This document shows, piece after piece, positions 62,007 to 64,000 of a stretch of DNA of 64,000 nucleotides (the stretch's first letter is position 1; each line of letters begins with the position of its first letter). Source of the stretch: an uncultured delta proteobacterium (GTDB lineage: Bacteria; Desulfobacterota; Binatia; UBA9968); assembly GCA_963745835.1 (NCBI GenBank), contig CAVUZH010000003.1:1056001-1120000 (forward strand), read 5' to 3'. A program made the translations under genes and the position numbers. Under the pieces are notes generated by a model, which made no database searches, was not told the origin of the DNA, and worked only from the letters and a program-made list of their open reading frames with translations.

Positions 62007-62369
62007 CTAAGCGTGTCTTCCAACAGCTTCAATAAGCTCTGTAGCAGCGAACGGCTTGATTAAGAACTCTACAATTCCAGCCTCTTGTGCCTCAACTTTT
62101 ACCTCACTCTGGGTCCAACCTGAACATGCAACGATCGGAATCTTTGTGGTTGCAGGGTTGTCTTTGATCCTTCTTGCCAGATCGAATCCCCTAACATCGG
62201 GTAGCGACACATCCATCAAAATTAAATCAGGGGGTTCAGATAAAGTCTTTTCCATTCCCTCATTCGCGTTCTCAGCTTCCCTGGTCTCGTGCCCTGCGGA
62301 ACATAGAATCAGACTAAATACACGACGAGCATCGGGATGATCCTCTATGATCAAAATCTTTTTGCCCAT
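62007..62369 (-). CDS. Single-domain response regulator (CheY/DivK-like)
   Basis: ILIIED, PDLILMD, LP..G, KPF; GGAG/AAGGA upstream. Confidence 0.93.
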   Translation of the reverse strand: MGKKILIIEDHPDARRVFSLILCSAGHETREAENANEGMEKTLSEPPDLILMDVSLPDVRGFDLARRIKDNPATTKIPIVACSGWTQSEVKVEAQEAGIVEFLIKPFAATELIEAVGRHA

Positions 62370-62690
62370 TTTGATTTCCTTCTCCTTTTTAGGTGCGCCA
62401 GCGGTTTACGAGTTCGCAATTACCTGATGACCTTTGGAGAGAAGGTAATCCGTATCTGTTACGTGACTGTTAACGTTCGGCAAACTCTGAATGAATAGTG
62501 CTACTGGGAAGAAAATCTCAGTGAAGTTCGAGGAGGCTTGCTCCTACCGATTGATTCTCAGGAAGGAGGCATATGACCGGGTGCGTAACGGGGATTGTCA
62601 GGAGCCGCTCCAGGCCGCGAACCAGGTCAACTGTTCTCGAGACATCATCAAGCGGCTGGCCATGAGATGGAATCCGGCGGGCAACAATTA

Positions 62691-63939
62691 CTAGATCACA
62701 TCATTGGTCAAATCGTTTTCGGCTCGTAAGATCTCATAGAGCTGGTCCTGAGAACGGATGTGTGGGCGACCCGTGCTAGTGATGCGCGATGAGCTACCGT
62801 CAGGCTGGATTTGCCAGCTTTTGGCAGTATCACTGAGCTGAATTTCCAAAATCCCTCTCAGTTTAAGCTGATGCTGCGGGTCGAGTACAGGGAAAGCGAT
62901 TTCAACCCGTCGGTCGAAATTGCGCGGCATCCAGTCGGCGGAAGCTAACCAGTACGCGCAATCACCGCGGTTATGGAAGTAGAAGATGCGAGCATGCTCT
63001 AAGTAGCGGTCGATGATTGAAATGACACGAATGTTCTCCGACACGCCCGGAACACCCGGACTCAAACTGCACATGCCGCGTACGATCAAGTCGATCTGCA
63101 CTCCCGCTTGGCTGGCACTGTAAAGCTCATCGATGATCGCCGGATCCGTGAGGCTATTCACTTTGGCGATGATCCGCGCCGAGTCGCCGCTGCTCGCATG
63201 CTCTTTTTCCTTCCGGATGCAGTTAACGAAGTGCTCCCTCAATCCAGTCGGCGCCAGTAGTAACTGCTGAAACTTCTGCGGTCGGGTGTAGCCGGTCAGC
63301 AGATTGAATAACTCCGTGAGATCCTGACCCAAGTCTTCCCGGCAAGTAAATAGCCCTAGATCGGTAAGGAAATGAAACGCGGCACCACATGCGTAGGAAT
63401 GTGAAGGATTGAAAGATCAGCATGCGGCAGGCGGGAAGCTGCAGCCGTATGCAGGGAGACGACAAAGCACAATGAACGGTTTGCCAAGTAGGGAAACGGA
63501 TGGCCCGGATCGATGGCGAGCGGCGTTAGTATCGGGTAGAGAGTGCGATTAAAAAAATCTTCAAGAAAGCGCCCCTGCTCGTTATTCAATTCTTGCGGCC
63601 GTACCAAGTGAATGCCTTCCGACGTAAGTTGCGGAAGTATGGTGTTGATGAAACAGAGATGCTGCTCTTCGGCGAGCTCATGGACACGTTTGGAGATGGC
63701 GCTTAGAGTTTCAGCCGGTGTCAGTCCATCAGGGGTGATGCTTCGAATTCCTTTTTTTAACTGGCGTTTGATTCGCGATACTCTCACCATGAAAAATTCA
63801 TCGAGATTTGAGCTGAAGATCGCCAGGAATTTGATCCTTTCCAGCAATGGAACTGCCTCGTCTTTTCTTCCTCCAAGACTCGTCGGTTAAATTCAAGCCA
63901 TGATAACTCGCGATGTAAATATTTGTTGTTTTGCTCCAT
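62691..63939 (-). pseudogene. ppk1: Polyphosphate kinase 1 with a frameshift (about 63865) and a large internal deletion (junction about 63362-63366)
   Basis: RELSWLEFN, SNLDEFFMVRV, HPFP and PRF are joined out of frame to TDLGLFT...AKVNSL, RYLEHARI, SADWMPRN. Confidence 0.92.
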
Positions 63940-64000
63940 AGCCGATGCCGTCCTTAGAACATCCTAAAGAGTGACTATGCTTGGAATTCGTAAGCCTCTT

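Noticed and set aside
1-64000. CRISPR array, rRNA, intact tRNA or IS transposase
   Set aside because: No regularly spaced repeats, complete cloverleaf or transposase motifs were seen by eye.

Overview
Bacterial chromosomal window, probably from a deltaproteobacterial-like soil lineage (Binatota-like gene content; this is an inference). A 28-bp XerC/XerD dif-like site at 11398-11425 suggests the replication terminus. Left of it is a more AT-rich accessory zone: a decayed tyrosine-integrase element, an MBOAT O-acyltransferase cassette, and an operon encoding a heme-oxygenase-like diiron protein, a cyclase, a DapA-like protein and a sulfide:quinone oxidoreductase (SQR)-like flavoprotein. The apparent stop of the SQR-like gene is an in-frame UGA at the expected second catalytic Cys, followed by a SECIS-like hairpin and 53 more SQR-like codons, so it is a candidate selenoprotein. 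Right of dif are housekeeping and catabolic genes (miaB, MoxR/VWA, purEK, dnaE2, nhaR, Dpp-type ABC, pyk). Next is a selenoneine locus (egtD, senA, senB, betaine/ergothioneine-type ABC importer) with an unexpected GH84 O-GlcNAcase-like gene directly upstream of senAB. The window ends with a phosphate/polyphosphate cluster (psiE-like, phoX, ppk2, internally deleted ppk1). Several single-base frameshifts could be real decay or assembly indels. All family calls come from motif recognition; no database searches were run.
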